DNA of 64,000 nt from Granulosicoccus sp. (GCA_013002205.1 JABDKN010000128.1:2824-66823); one strand, 5' to 3'. Positions 8,778 to 20,757 are shown, numbered from the stretch's first letter. The notes: generated by a model not told the origin, from the letters alone. Numbers and translations are program-made.

Positions 8778-10732
8778 CAGGAAGCCATCTGCATATCCGG
8801 CACCTCACCCAGACTGCGAATAGTGACATCAGCCTCGATCTTACCCTTGCGCCCGTCTTCGAAAATGACCGTTGTGGACACGAACTGGGTGTCCCTGTCG
8901 GAATACAAAGCCTCGATCAGCGCCTGATAGCGCTCGTTGATGAATTTTCGGCGCACCTTCTGGGTGCGAGTGAGTTCACCATCATCGGCATCGAGTTCCT
9001 TGTGCAGTACAAGGAATCGCCGGATACAGGCACCTGCCACACGAGGCTCCGCAGCCAGGTCTCGATTGACTTCCTCGATGTGCCTTTCGATCATGTCGTA
9101 GACCAGTGGATGACCCGCCAGCTCCTGGTAGGAGGCATAGACGATATCGTTCCTTTCGGCCCAGTTGGATACGGCAGCCAGATCGATATTGACGAAGGCT
9201 GCCACATAGTCCCGCCCATCGCCAAAGGCCACCGCTTCCTTGATTGACGGAAAGAATTTCAACTTGTTCTCGATGTACTTGGGCGGGAACAGACTGTCAT
9301 CATTAAGCCTGCCGACATCCTTTGCACGATCGATGATTCGCAAATGGCCTTTTTCATCGATAAAGCCTGCATCACCGGTATAGACCCAACCGTCGGCTGT
9401 CCTGGTCGAAGCGGTCGCTTCATCGTCCCGGTAGTAGCCGAGGAATACGCCTGGAGAACGGTACAGCACTTCACCGTTATCGGCGATACGGATTTCCACA
9501 TCCAGCGAAGGGATACCGACAGTATCTGCATCGATCTGTCCATCGGGTTGGGCAGTTATGTAGACGCTCGCTTCAGTCTGACCGTACAGCTGCTTGAGAT
9601 TGATTCCCAGTGATCGGTAGAAACGGAAGATATCAGGCCCGATCGCCTCCCCGGCCGTGTAGGCCACCCTGACCCTCGACATGCCCAGACGGTTCTTCAG
9701 CGGCCCGTACACCAGCAACTCGCCAATGGCATAGTGTAATCGTGAGAACAGCGGCAGAGGCGCCCCGTTGAGTACATCTTCTCCATACCCTTTGGCAACG
9801 CGGATGAAATGATCGAACATGGCTCGCTTCGGTCGACTGGCATCCTCCATGGCGACGGTAATCGCTGTCAGCAGAGACTCGAACACACGCGGCGGTGCAA
9901 AGAAGTAGGTAGGTGCGATCTCGCGTCGATCCGCAGAAATCGTTTCCGGACTTTCGGGACAACAGACGCAGTAGCCTGCGGTCAGCGACTGGCCATAGCT
10001 GAATACATGATCTCCCACCCAGGCCAATGGCAGATAGGCAATGGTCTGTTCATCGACATCGAGCTTGTCGAAGGTGTTGGCGTTGATCGAGGTGATGATC
10101 AGATTGTCGTGTGAGAGCATCACGCCTTTCGGACGTCCTGTCGTCCCTGAGGTATACAGCATCACACACATGTCATTGCCAGACAGCGTGTCAATCTCCG
10201 TGCGCCATTGCACCGCCCGATGACTGTCACGTTCCAGCGCCCGTCGGCCGAGATTCTGTACGGCATCGATCGACAGGATCACCTGCACATCGTAGTCACG
10301 CATGCCTCTCGATTCATCGTAGAGAATATTCGATAGCCCCGGTAGCTGATCGTGTACCGAGACTACTTTGTCCACCTGCTCCTGGTCCTGGCATACGGCG
10401 AACCGGACACCGGCGTGTTCCAGGACATAGACCATCTCTTCGGCAACCGAGTCGGCATAGACGGGAACCGGAATGGCTCCAATGGACTGGATTGCAGAAA
10501 ACGACCAGTAGAGTCGCGGCCGGTTGCCGCCGATGATGGCCACCTTGTCGCCGTGGCAGAGCCCGAGCTCCTTCAGGCCCATTGCGTAGCTCTGGACCTC
10601 TCCACAGATCTCTGCCCAGGTCCACTCACGCCAGATTCCCAGGTCCTTGTGTCGCATGGCCACACGATTGGCGTATTGTTCGGCGTTGCGCAGCAGATAA
10701 TGCGGAAGGCTGGGTAACGATCTCATGGCCAC
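8777..10732 (-). CDS. Long-chain fatty acid--CoA ligase (AMP-binding protein)
   Basis: YTSGTTGRPKGVMLSH, YGQTE, TGDAG and IIDRAKD motifs; start GTG 10732 or ATG 10726. Confidence 0.9.
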   Translation of the reverse strand: MAMRSLPSLPHYLLRNAEQYANRVAMRHKDLGIWREWTWAEICGEVQSYAMGLKELGLCHGDKVAIIGGNRPRLYWSFSAIQSIGAIPVPVYADSVAEEMVYVLEHAGVRFAVCQDQEQVDKVVSVHDQLPGLSNILYDESRGMRDYDVQVILSIDAVQNLGRRALERDSHRAVQWRTEIDTLSGNDMCVMLYTSGTTGRPKGVMLSHDNLIITSINANTFDKLDVDEQTIAYLPLAWVGDHVFSYGQSLTAGYCVCCPESPETISADRREIAPTYFFAPPRVFESLLTAITVAMEDASRPKRAMFDHFIRVAKGYGEDVLNGAPLPLFSRLHYAIGELLVYGPLKNRLGMSRVRVAYTAGEAIGPDIFRFYRSLGINLKQLYGQTEASVYITAQPDGQIDADTVGIPSLDVEIRIADNGEVLYRSPGVFLGYYRDDEATASTRTADGWVYTGDAGFIDEKGHLRIIDRAKDVGRLNDDSLFPPKYIENKLKFFPSIKEAVAFGDGRDYVAAFVNIDLAAVSNWAERNDIVYASYQELAGHPLVYDMIERHIEEVNRDLAAEPRVAGACIRRFLVLHKELDADDGELTRTQKVRRKFINERYQALIEALYSDRDTQFVSTTVIFEDGRKGKIEADVTIRSLGEVPDMQMAS

Positions 10733-10734
10733 TC

Positions 10735-12078
<1,344 letters not shown>

Positions 12079-12123
12079 TCAGCAGGGTTGGTGCGAAGGC
12101 ATTCGGGCTTCCACACCTGACAG

Positions 12124-12132
12124 AGTATATCA
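12124..12132 (-). promoter_or_regulatory. Candidate extended -10 promoter for serS
   Basis: Minus strand TG-A-TATACT about 70 nt upstream of the serS ATG; no good -35. Confidence 0.4.
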
Positions 12133-12155
12133 GTGCACCCTGTCCCGATTACAGC

Positions 12156-12545
12156 TCAGCCCGGCCACAGACCACGCGCTATCAGCGCACCCGCGACCAC
12201 CGCCAGCATAGATCCGCCAACATTGGCGACGATATTCAACAGCGCCAGTGCCAGGTTGCCTGTTTCCAGCAATCTCAATGTCTCTACGGAAAACGCCGAG
12301 AAGGTCGTGAATCCCCCCAGAAATCCCACGACCAGCAACAACTGCATCGGGGTACCGAACAGGCCCCTGCTCCAGAACCACGTGGTGATGATACCGGCCA
12401 GCAGTGCACCCGTCAGATTCGCTGCGAGTGTGGCCAGCGGAAAACGCAATAGTTCTCTGGCCAGCAGAAGACTGAACGCGTAACGCATACAGGCACCCGT
12501 TGCCCCGCCCAGCCCCACGTAGAGAAAATTCAGTCCTGGATTCAT
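12156..12545 (-). CDS. crcB: Fluoride efflux channel CrcB/Fluc
   Basis: GLGGATGACMRY, FPLATLAAN, GFLGGFTTFSAFSVE; start at ATG 12545. Confidence 0.95.
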   Translation of the reverse strand: MNPGLNFLYVGLGGATGACMRYAFSLLLARELLRFPLATLAANLTGALLAGIITTWFWSRGLFGTPMQLLLVVGFLGGFTTFSAFSVETLRLLETGNLALALLNIVANVGGSMLAVVAGALIARGLWPG

Positions 12546-12596
12546 CGGCACCGACTTTGCATCACCCATCAAAGACTTTAGCGCAAATCCACGAAA

Positions 12597-13211
12597 ATGA
12601 TCCGTCGAATCAGCCTGCTGATATTGCTGACACAAGCCTCCCTGACCCTCGCACAACCTTTGTACAAGTGGACAGAGGCGGATGGTTCCATCACGTTCTC
12701 ACCCAGGATGCCACCTGCCGGTGTGGCCTATGAGACGGTAGATTCTGCGAAACCGACCGCCGAGCTGGTGATCAGGGAACGCGCTCAGCACAATAATGAC
12801 CCTGTCGAGCCCCCAGGGCAGTCGTTGGCGAACGATGGTGACAGTACCCCCGCCGCAAAGACGCTGCCGCGCTTGGAATACGCACCTGGCGGAACCCGCG
12901 ACCTGCCGGGCGCCATCAGTCGCAGTACCACATCCGGATCAACCACCCTGCCCTTGGCATCGATGCCGGGGGCCATTGCCGTCAGTGACAGTAACAGCAC
13001 CGGCACCCAGGCGCCTGGCACGGATAAATCCGGCTCTCAGAACCGCATCAGCGCGGCGAGCTACAAGCAGAGTCGCTGCCAGGACCTGCGCAAGCGCGTG
13101 ACGTCCCTGGAAAGACGCTTGAAATCACGCCTCACCCCTGAGGACATGGACAACACGATCATCCACATGGCTCGCTACCAGCGCAGCTTTGATCAACATT
13201 GCGTACAGTAG
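12597..13211 (+). CDS. DUF4124-domain exported protein
   Basis: Signal peptide, then LYKWTEADGSITFSPRMPP (DUF4124-type motif), Pro/Ser/Thr-rich linker and helical C-terminus. Confidence 0.75.
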   Translation: MIRRISLLILLTQASLTLAQPLYKWTEADGSITFSPRMPPAGVAYETVDSAKPTAELVIRERAQHNNDPVEPPGQSLANDGDSTPAAKTLPRLEYAPGGTRDLPGAISRSTTSGSTTLPLASMPGAIAVSDSNSTGTQAPGTDKSGSQNRISAASYKQSRCQDLRKRVTSLERRLKSRLTPEDMDNTIIHMARYQRSFDQHCVQ

Positions 13212-13678
13212 TCCACGGCCGGTTCCACCGGCTCAAGCTGTTTACCGAAGCCGTGCCCCTGTCGCAGGCAGTAACTCAACCACTTTTTCAGGAATCGATT
13301 CAAGTGCCTGCCTTCTTCGAGATCACGAGTGCGTCTCGATACCATGCGCTCTTCCGGCATCAGGCCACTCATGACTTCGCAGGATCTCGCGTCGTGATAC
13401 AGCCGGATGGCAAGGTCCGGCTCCCGCTCCCTGCGACCTCGTAAAGTGCGTTCAGAGAATCGATAGGTCAACCGGAAGGTCGACGTGTAACGGCTGTGTT
13501 CCAGCTCACTGAGCTCCAACGACATGGCACCGGGCAACCGGGAGACGTGCGTGCCAGGACCCATACGCTTGAGCTCAGGCGCCAGCAGACGCATGAGCAG
13601 GTAATTCTGCTCATACAGATCCATCAGTGAGGCGAAGCGCCCGCTGTTGATAGGCTTATGCAGGAGAGTGCTGTACAT
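13193..13678 (-). CDS. DUF1249 (YqiB-like) protein
   Basis: LMDLYEQNYLLMRLL, RYT, IRLYHDARSCEV, LNRFLKKWLSYCLRQGH. Confidence 0.85.
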   Translation of the reverse strand: MYSTLLHKPINSGRFASLMDLYEQNYLLMRLLAPELKRMGPGTHVSRLPGAMSLELSELEHSRYTSTFRLTYRFSERTLRGRREREPDLAIRLYHDARSCEVMSGLMPEERMVSRRTRDLEEGRHLNRFLKKWLSYCLRQGHGFGKQLEPVEPAVDYCTQC

Positions 13679-13939
13679 CCTGGCTATTATGTGTGGCTAC
13701 GGGCATCAGTTCAAACGAATATTTCTCACTGTGCAGAACTGACCGGGAATTTAACCATCCCGATCAGGTGCCAGCTCTTGTAATCGTCGTCCTCCAGCAC
13801 CATATTTTGCGCCTTGGACCGAGGTTGTCCGTCATCTATCTTCTCCTCACGCTTGCAGTGGGCGGCATTATGGTGATAATGGCCTCCAGAAACGCACCCT
13901 GATGCAGTACCTACCTGATCCAGGCAAACCAGAGATTTA

Positions 13940-14158
13940 ATGGCTAAAGAAGAACCCATAGAAATGGAGGGCGTGGTTGTTGACACCCTTCCCAATACCA
14001 TGTTCCGTGTGGAACTGGAAAACGGTCATGTCGTCACGGCGCACATCTCGGGAAAGATGCGCAAGCACTACATCCGCATTCTAACCGGCGATAAGGTGAC
14101 GGTTCAAATGACTCCCTACGACCTGAGCAAAGGTCGCATCACCTATCGTAGCCGTTGA
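13940..14158 (+). CDS. infA: Translation initiation factor IF-1
   Basis: [30 protein letters not shown]...GRITYRSR. Confidence 0.99.
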   Translation: MAKEEPIEMEGVVVDTLPNTMFRVELENGHVVTAHISGKMRKHYIRILTGDKVTVQMTPYDLSKGRITYRSR

Positions 14159-14286
14159 GCTGAAGTCACTGCCCTACCCGTTATCAGCGGCAGTGCGTAT
14201 CAATTATCGAGTTCATTGCGTGTCGGGTTGAACCCGTTCACCACCTCTCACCCACTCAACGATCGGCACCCGTTAACGGCGTTCAG

Positions 14287-14332
14287 CGCTCACACCAACG
14301 CTACTGCGCTGCAGCTGCGTTGGTTGTGAGCG
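14287..14332. terminator. Long stem-loop between convergent infA and clpA
   Basis: cgctcacaccaacgc / gcgttggttgtgagcg inverted repeat with one bulge; no U-tract. Confidence 0.5.
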
Positions 14333-14342
14333 TGTGACTGTC

Positions 14343-16625
14343 CTACTGTGGAACCGTGGCTTCCTTGTTCTCCTTGCTTTCGAACTCGAAAGCCAGGTCG
14401 CCTTTCTCGTCGAGGATCACGTTGACCCGACCGCCACGACTGAGCTTACCGAAGAGAATCTCGTCGGCCAGGTGTTTCTTGACGTTTTCACTGATTAATC
14501 GTGACATGGGACGTGCACCCATACGGGCATCGAATCCATGTTCAGCCAGCCAGGCCTTCGCTTCGTCATTGAAATCGATCGACACATTTTTCTCCTCAAG
14601 CTGCGCCTCGAGTTCGATGATGAACTTATCCACGACATTCAGGATGATGCTCTTGTCCAGCGGCTTGAACTGGATGATGGCGTCCAGTCGATTGCGGAAC
14701 TCCGGCGTGAACATCTTGTTGACCGCATCGGTGCCGTCAGTACTGTGATCCTGCTGGGTGAATCCCATCGTCGTGCGCGAAATTGATTCGGCACCGGCGT
14801 TGGTGGTCATGATCAGAATGATGTTCCTGAAATCCGCCTTACGACCGTTATTGTCGGTGAGCGTGCCGTGATCCATGACCTGCAACAGCAGGTTGAATAC
14901 GTCCGGATGCGCCTTTTCAATCTCATCCAGCAGAACCACCGCGTGCGGATTCTGTATGACCGCATCAGTCAGCAAGCCACCCTGATCGAAACCGACATAC
15001 CCGGGGGGTGCTCCAATAAGGCGGGATACGGTATGCCGCTCCATATACTCGGACATGTCGAAACGTATCAACTCGATACCCATGATATTGGCCAGCTGCT
15101 TGGTCACTTCCGTCTTGCCCACCCCGGTCGGGCCAGCAAACATGAAGCTGCCGATTGGCTTGTCTTCGGGTCCGAGTCCGGAGCGTGACATCTTGATCGC
15201 TGCACCCAATGTGTCGATGGCCTCGTCCTGCCCAAACACCAGCATACGAAGATCACGGGCCAGCGTCTTGAGTTTGTCGGTATCGGTCGATGACACACTC
15301 TTTTCAGGAATACGGGCAATCTTGGCCACGATGGCTTCGATATCCTTCACTGTGATCTGTTTCTTACCTTTGGTCGTCGCCCCTTTCACACGGTGATTGG
15401 CACCGGCCTCGTCGATCACATCGATGGCCTTGTCGGGCAGGAATCGATCATTGATATAACGCCCTGAGAGTTCTGCTGCAGTCTTCAGCGCATTATTCGA
15501 GTACTTGACTTCATGGAATTCTTCGTAACGTGACTTGAGACCTTTCAGAATCTCGAAGGTCTGATCGACCGAAGGTTCCACCACATCTATCTTCTGGAAG
15601 CGGCGAGACAGGGCACGGTCCTTCTCGAAAATACCTCGATATTCCTGATAGGTCGTAGAGCCTATGCACTTTAGCTCACCCGTCGCCAGCATCGGCTTGA
15701 TCAGGTTGGAGGCATCCATGACACCGCCCGATGCAGCGCCGGCACCGATGATGGTATGAATCTCATCGATGAACAGTATGGCACTTGGCTCCTTCTTCAG
15801 CTGATTCAGAATACCCTTGAGTCGTTTCTCGAAATCCCCGCGATACTTCGTACCGGCAACCAGTGCACCGAGATCCAGTGAATAGATGACCGCATCGGCG
15901 AGTACTTCGGGGACCTCTCCATCGACGATTCGCTTGGCCAGCCCTTCAGCGATCGCTGTTTTGCCGACGCCTGCCTCGCCCACGAGCAGCGGGTTATTCT
16001 TGCGCCGGCGACAGAGTACCTGCGATGCGCGCTCGACTTCATGGTCGCGACCGATCAGCGGGTCGATCTCTCCGGCAAGTGCCCGCGCATTGAGGTTACT
16101 TGCATACTTGTCCAGCGGCTTGGCATCCGTTTCGCCCTCCTCACCCGAATACTCGGTCGCGGCATCATCTGCCTCCTCCGGCTCTTCCTGTGAATTCTTG
16201 GCAATACCGTGTGAAATATAGTTGACGACATCCAGGCGAGTGATGTTCTGCTTGTTGAGCAGGAACACGGTCTGGGAGTCCTGTTCGCCAAAGATGGCGA
16301 CCAGTACATTGGCACCAGTGACCTCTTTCTTGCCGGAGCTCTGTACGTGAAAAACGGCACGCTGGAGTACCCGCTGGAAGCCTAGTGTAGGCTGGGTCTC
16401 GCGAGTATCGTTCTCATCGAGCAGCGGCGTGTTCTCATCGACGAAACTGTCCAGTTCATCACGAAGGGTCTCGAGGTCACCGCCACAGGCACGCAATACC
16501 TGGGCGGCTGTCGGATTATCGATCAGGGCAAGCAGAAGATGCTCAACCGTCATGAATTCGAAGCGGCGCGTGCGTGCCTCCTTGAACGCATTGTTAAGGG
16601 TGAATTCGAGCTCTTTACTTAGCAT
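14343..16625 (-). CDS. clpA: ATP-dependent Clp protease ATP-binding subunit ClpA
   Basis: [11 protein letters not shown], two AAA modules ([16 protein letters not shown]), APPGYVG. Confidence 0.98.
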   Translation of the reverse strand: MLSKELEFTLNNAFKEARTRRFEFMTVEHLLLALIDNPTAAQVLRACGGDLETLRDELDSFVDENTPLLDENDTRETQPTLGFQRVLQRAVFHVQSSGKKEVTGANVLVAIFGEQDSQTVFLLNKQNITRLDVVNYISHGIAKNSQEEPEEADDAATEYSGEEGETDAKPLDKYASNLNARALAGEIDPLIGRDHEVERASQVLCRRRKNNPLLVGEAGVGKTAIAEGLAKRIVDGEVPEVLADAVIYSLDLGALVAGTKYRGDFEKRLKGILNQLKKEPSAILFIDEIHTIIGAGAASGGVMDASNLIKPMLATGELKCIGSTTYQEYRGIFEKDRALSRRFQKIDVVEPSVDQTFEILKGLKSRYEEFHEVKYSNNALKTAAELSGRYINDRFLPDKAIDVIDEAGANHRVKGATTKGKKQITVKDIEAIVAKIARIPEKSVSSTDTDKLKTLARDLRMLVFGQDEAIDTLGAAIKMSRSGLGPEDKPIGSFMFAGPTGVGKTEVTKQLANIMGIELIRFDMSEYMERHTVSRLIGAPPGYVGFDQGGLLTDAVIQNPHAVVLLDEIEKAHPDVFNLLLQVMDHGTLTDNNGRKADFRNIILIMTTNAGAESISRTTMGFTQQDHSTDGTDAVNKMFTPEFRNRLDAIIQFKPLDKSIILNVVDKFIIELEAQLEEKNVSIDFNDEAKAWLAEHGFDARMGARPMSRLISENVKKHLADEILFGKLSRGGRVNVILDEKGDLAFEFESKENKEATVPQ

Positions 16626-16700
16626 GGTTTGATCATCCGCTCTAGTTACATCATTTTATTGCTGCAGCGCCCGGAGCCAGATCCACTACGCTGCTCATAT

Positions 16701-17018
16701 TTACACCTTTTCCATCTCACACAACAATGGGTGCTTACGTTCCCTGGCCAGTTGCGTAACCTGAGCAACCTTGGTTTCGGCAATCTCCCTGGTAAACACC
16801 CCGCACACACCCTTGCCCTTCTGGTGGACATGCAGCATGACCCGCGTGGCCTGCTCCCTGTCCAGTTTGAAAAATACCTGCAACACCTCGACGACGAATT
16901 CCATCGGCGTGTAATCGTCGTTCAACAACACCACTTTCCACAGTGGTGGCTTGGCAAGCTTCGGCCGTGCTTTCTCGACTGCCAGACCGCCCGCCCTGTT
17001 TGTGTCTTCTTCACTCAT
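16701..17018 (-). CDS. clpS: Clp protease adaptor ClpS
   Basis: [28 protein letters not shown]. Confidence 0.98.
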   Translation of the reverse strand: MSEEDTNRAGGLAVEKARPKLAKPPLWKVVLLNDDYTPMEFVVEVLQVFFKLDREQATRVMLHVHQKGKGVCGVFTREIAETKVAQVTQLARERKHPLLCEMEKV

Positions 17019-17148
17019 TTACTGTTTCCACGAGATCGATTGATCTGACTCCAGATCAGCTGCCACAGTTCCGGAATACCTCTTATATCAGGGACTGACT
17101 CTGCGATCACGCTTGGCGGTTGGATCGCAATTTTCATACCCCTTCAAC

Positions 17149-17173
17149 ATGGTGCCTGAAATACCGAACTCAA
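17149..17173 (-). promoter_or_regulatory. Possible sigma-32-type promoter for clpS-clpA
   Basis: Minus strand TTGAG-N14-CACCAT versus consensus TTGAA-N13-14-CCCCAT (two mismatches). Confidence 0.3.
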
Positions 17174-17764
17174 TTGCTGGCGTGTTCACGTTTACCACGC
17201 ACACAACTTACTCTGCCAGCCAACAAAAGTGTAGTCCTGCAAGCCGTGCAATAGGGTGACAGATGACACGCTTTTGCTGCCATGGCCAATAACGCATGGC
17301 CAGTGTCACCCGGGTGGCGCCAATGGCAGATGAGCTCGAGCTCCAGGGCCGATGGCGGTACACTCCGAGTCAGCATTTTCAGCGTTTCCGGCGCCTTTTC
17401 CACTCATTTGCCTGGTGAGGGAAAACAGCTGGACAGCCGGCAGAGAGGCCCATGGCTGACCAAACAGCCGGGGCGTACCAGAATGATCCGAGGCCGGGCG
17501 CCGACGCCCCGAAATCCGCCGCACAGCGACTGACCCCCTCGACCGCCACCGTCGCTGCCACTGCCACTGCCACCGTTACTGGCACATAGGGCCCGGGTTT
17601 ACCACCATACGGACACCGGGCCATCGGTCAGTCTCGGACAGATCGGTTGTCCATAGTTAGTAAGTTACTGCAAATTGTACTTATAAACTCATGATATATC
17701 TATCGAGCCCCGAAAGAATGCAATGGTGATCAAACAATCATTCCAGTGACTCCGCGCGTCCGGG

Positions 17765-19177
17765 CTAGCGAGAGCCTCTACCGAACAGCACCACTTCAGC
17801 GGCCTGGAAAAGGATCAGCAGGTCCAGGAAAATCGTGTGATTCTTGACGTAGAAGAGGTCGAATTCCTGGGTCTGTACCGAATCATTGAATGAGGCATCG
17901 TAGGGGTAGCAAACCTGCGCCCACCCGGTCATTCCAGGCTTGACGGCATGCCTTTCCCTGTAATAGGGAATGGCCTCGCCGAGTCTCTCGACAAATTGTG
18001 GACTTTCAGGTCGCGGACCCACGAGACTCATCGTGCCAGTCAGCACATTCAGAATCTGCGGGAGTGTGTCGATTCGTGTCTTGCGGATGAACTTCCCCAC
18101 TCTGGAACGTCCATGGTCCATTTCCGTTCGCCACCGGGCCTGGCCACCACTCGTCGAATCGACCGGCATGCTGCGAAATCTCAGTACCTCGAACGGCTTT
18201 CCCAGAAACCCTACCCGGACCTGCCGGCAAAGCAGCGGTGCATCCGGACCATCTTCAAGCCAGATCGCCAGTGCAGTGAGCAGCAGGACCGGCCAGCCAC
18301 AGGCCAGGATGAGGCCGCTGGCGAGTAGATCGAAAGCTCGTTTACCAATATCCCTGAACGTGCCGCGTCCGAACCTGTCTGAATAGATGAGCCACTCGGG
18401 GCGCAAGAGCTCCAGCGGAAGCTTGCCTTGCTCGCGCTCGAAAAAACTGAGCAGGTCGATAACATCCAGGCCATGAAGTTTACATTCCAGCAACTCGTCC
18501 AGTGGCAGGCCACCACGCCGCTCATCCGCTGCCACGACGATCTCATCGACATCACTGGCCACGGCAAGTTCCAGCAATGAGCGTCCGGCCGTGTTTACCA
18601 CTGATTTCCGGTCGACCGCAACCACGGGATCGGTGGACAGCGCTGCATAGCTGACGATGTGAAATCCGCGTCGATCGACATGTCGTCGCAAGCGTCGGGC
18701 TATGGACGCCGCCTTCTCACCAGCGCCCAGCACGAGCACCCGGACTTTCAGGATGTCCCTGTCCAGATAGTGGAAGTACATCGGGCGAATCGTACCGATC
18801 AACAGAAACGCGATGAGTACGGCCAGGCCAAACACCCCGCGCTGCAGTTGTAAAGTTGGAAAAAAATAATAGAGCACGGCGAGAATGACCACACCGCAGG
18901 CAAAACCGATCACGGAGCGCAGGAAGACGCCCAGTACACCGCCCCGAATACGGCTCTGGTACAAGCCCATCACCATGATCGTCACCGGCACGACGAGACC
19001 AAACAGCATCGCTGTGGCAACGGATGACTGAATGCCTGCGTCCTGGGCCAGGTACGATCCATCGACGCTTACGTACGCCGCCACGAACACGGCCGCAACA
19101 CAAATGCAGAACTCCAGCAGAGCCAGCAGCAGGAACGGCATCTGAAGATGCATCTTGAAGTATCGGAACGTACCCAA
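17765..19177 (-). CDS. TIGR03013-like (XrtA/PEP-CTERM-associated) sugar/phosphoglycosyl transferase with degenerate active site
   Basis: N-terminal 4 TM, CoA-binding-like middle domain, C-terminal Bac_transf domain ([32 protein letters not shown]); likely TTG start at 19177. Confidence 0.85.
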   Translation of the reverse strand: MGTFRYFKMHLQMPFLLLALLEFCICVAAVFVAAYVSVDGSYLAQDAGIQSSVATAMLFGLVVPVTIMVMGLYQSRIRGGVLGVFLRSVIGFACGVVILAVLYYFFPTLQLQRGVFGLAVLIAFLLIGTIRPMYFHYLDRDILKVRVLVLGAGEKAASIARRLRRHVDRRGFHIVSYAALSTDPVVAVDRKSVVNTAGRSLLELAVASDVDEIVVAADERRGGLPLDELLECKLHGLDVIDLLSFFEREQGKLPLELLRPEWLIYSDRFGRGTFRDIGKRAFDLLASGLILACGWPVLLLTALAIWLEDGPDAPLLCRQVRVGFLGKPFEVLRFRSMPVDSTSGGQARWRTEMDHGRSRVGKFIRKTRIDTLPQILNVLTGTMSLVGPRPESPQFVERLGEAIPYYRERHAVKPGMTGWAQVCYPYDASFNDSVQTQEFDLFYVKNHTIFLDLLILFQAAEVVLFGRGSR

Positions 19178-19444
19178 ATCCGGTTGCAACCCGTTCGTTT
19201 GGAGCAAGCTGCGGCCATTGTAAGGCAGGTGTCCCGATCTGGTGGCCGGAAAACCCACGATTTTCCAGCCAGACCAGGCAATGGTAACCGCCGGTTTTTG
19301 ATTCAGTTCTCAGCCAGGAGAACAATGTCCGGTCAGGCTCGCCACCGGACCCAGAGGCCGCCTGCAAACACGTATAATCTGCCGGACTGTGTGCCATGCC
19401 TCACTGTTCGCAGCCAGTCAACCAGGATTTCACCGGTTAATTCC

Positions 19445-20725
19445 ATGTTTACGATCAGTGACAACGACACGATTGCCGTCATCGGCCTGGGCTACGTAGG
19501 TCTTCCGCTGGCCGTGGAATTCGGCAGGAAAATGACCACCATCGGGTTTGACATCGATGATGAGCGTATCAGGGAGTTGAAATCAGGCCATGATCGGACA
19601 CTGGAGGTGTCATCCACGGAAATGAGGGCAGCAGCCAGCTTGCAGTTCACCAGTCGTCTGGACGATCTGGCCGGCTGCAAGGTATTCATCGTCACTGTCC
19701 CCACCCCTATCAATCGTCACAAGCAGCCTGATTTGTCACCATTGACTGGAGCCAGCGTAGCGATTGGCAGCATCATGCAGGCAGGTTCAGTGGTCATCTA
19801 CGAATCCACCGTGTATCCCGGCGCCACTGAAGAGGTCTGCGTTCCCATTCTGGAAAAGGAGTCAGGTCTGAGGTTCAACCTCGATTTCTTTGCCGGATAC
19901 AGTCCGGAACGAATCAATCCCGGCGACAAGGAACACCGGGTCAGTACGATCATGAAAGTCACCTCCGGGTCCACGCCGGCGGTGGCCGACGCAATCGACC
20001 TGCTCTATCGACGAATCGTTACGGCTGGAACCCACAAGGCAAGCTCCATAAAGGTCGCCGAGGCGGCAAAAGTCATCGAAAACACACAGCGTGACCTGAA
20101 CATTGCGCTGATCAACGAACTTGCCCTGATATTCGATCGCCTGGAAATCGACACGCTGGAAGTACTCGAGGCCGCCGGCACGAAATGGAACTTTCTCAAT
20201 TTCCGGCCCGGGCTCGTGGGTGGACACTGCATCAGTGTTGATCCCTACTATCTGACGCACAAGGCACAGGAAATCGGCTATTACCCCCAGGTCATTCTCT
20301 CCGGTCGCCAGATCAATGACGGGATGGGAGCCTACGTCGCGGCCCGAGTGGTCAAAATGCTGACGCGTCGGCGCATCCATGTCGTGGGGGCCAATATCCT
20401 CATCCTCGGTTTGGCCTTCAAGGAAAACTGCCCCGATCTGCGCAATACACGTGTGGTGGATATCGTTCAGGAACTCATGCACTACCACGCCAATGTCGAT
20501 GTCTACGACCCCTGGGTCGATCCTGACGAAGCGGAGCACGAGTACGGTATCACCCCGATAGATGCTCCAGTGGACGGGCACTACGACGCCATCATTCTTG
20601 CTGTTGCTCATGAACAGTTCGTGCACCTGGGCAGCGAGCGTATACGTCGGCTTGGTAAAGCACAGAACATTCTCTACGATATTAAAAGCGTTCTACCCAA
20701 ACAATCGGTCGACGCTCGACTCTAG
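19445..20725 (+). CDS. tviB: UDP-N-acetylhexosamine C-6 dehydrogenase (TviB/WbpO family)
   Basis: [52 protein letters not shown]. Confidence 0.9.
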   Translation: MFTISDNDTIAVIGLGYVGLPLAVEFGRKMTTIGFDIDDERIRELKSGHDRTLEVSSTEMRAAASLQFTSRLDDLAGCKVFIVTVPTPINRHKQPDLSPLTGASVAIGSIMQAGSVVIYESTVYPGATEEVCVPILEKESGLRFNLDFFAGYSPERINPGDKEHRVSTIMKVTSGSTPAVADAIDLLYRRIVTAGTHKASSIKVAEAAKVIENTQRDLNIALINELALIFDRLEIDTLEVLEAAGTKWNFLNFRPGLVGGHCISVDPYYLTHKAQEIGYYPQVILSGRQINDGMGAYVAARVVKMLTRRRIHVVGANILILGLAFKENCPDLRNTRVVDIVQELMHYHANVDVYDPWVDPDEAEHEYGITPIDAPVDGHYDAIILAVAHEQFVHLGSERIRRLGKAQNILYDIKSVLPKQSVDARL

Positions 20726-20757
20726 CCCTTTCGCACCTGCGCCACACTCCAAGCAAC

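Noticed and set aside
12546-12596. Fluoride riboswitch upstream of crcB
   Set aside because: Only 51 nt before the divergent gene and no GGCGATGG...GCTAATGAC-type consensus.
14171-14181. 11-mer GCCCTACCCGT shared with 24825-24835 (GTAG-type REP?)
   Set aside because: Only two copies with dissimilar flanks; an 11-mer match among intergenic sequences is compatible with chance.
19178-19444. Sigma-54 promoter or ops/JUMPstart element for the polysaccharide genes
   Set aside because: The minus-strand TGGCAC lacks the -12 TTGC, and GGCGGTTACC is only a partial ops match.
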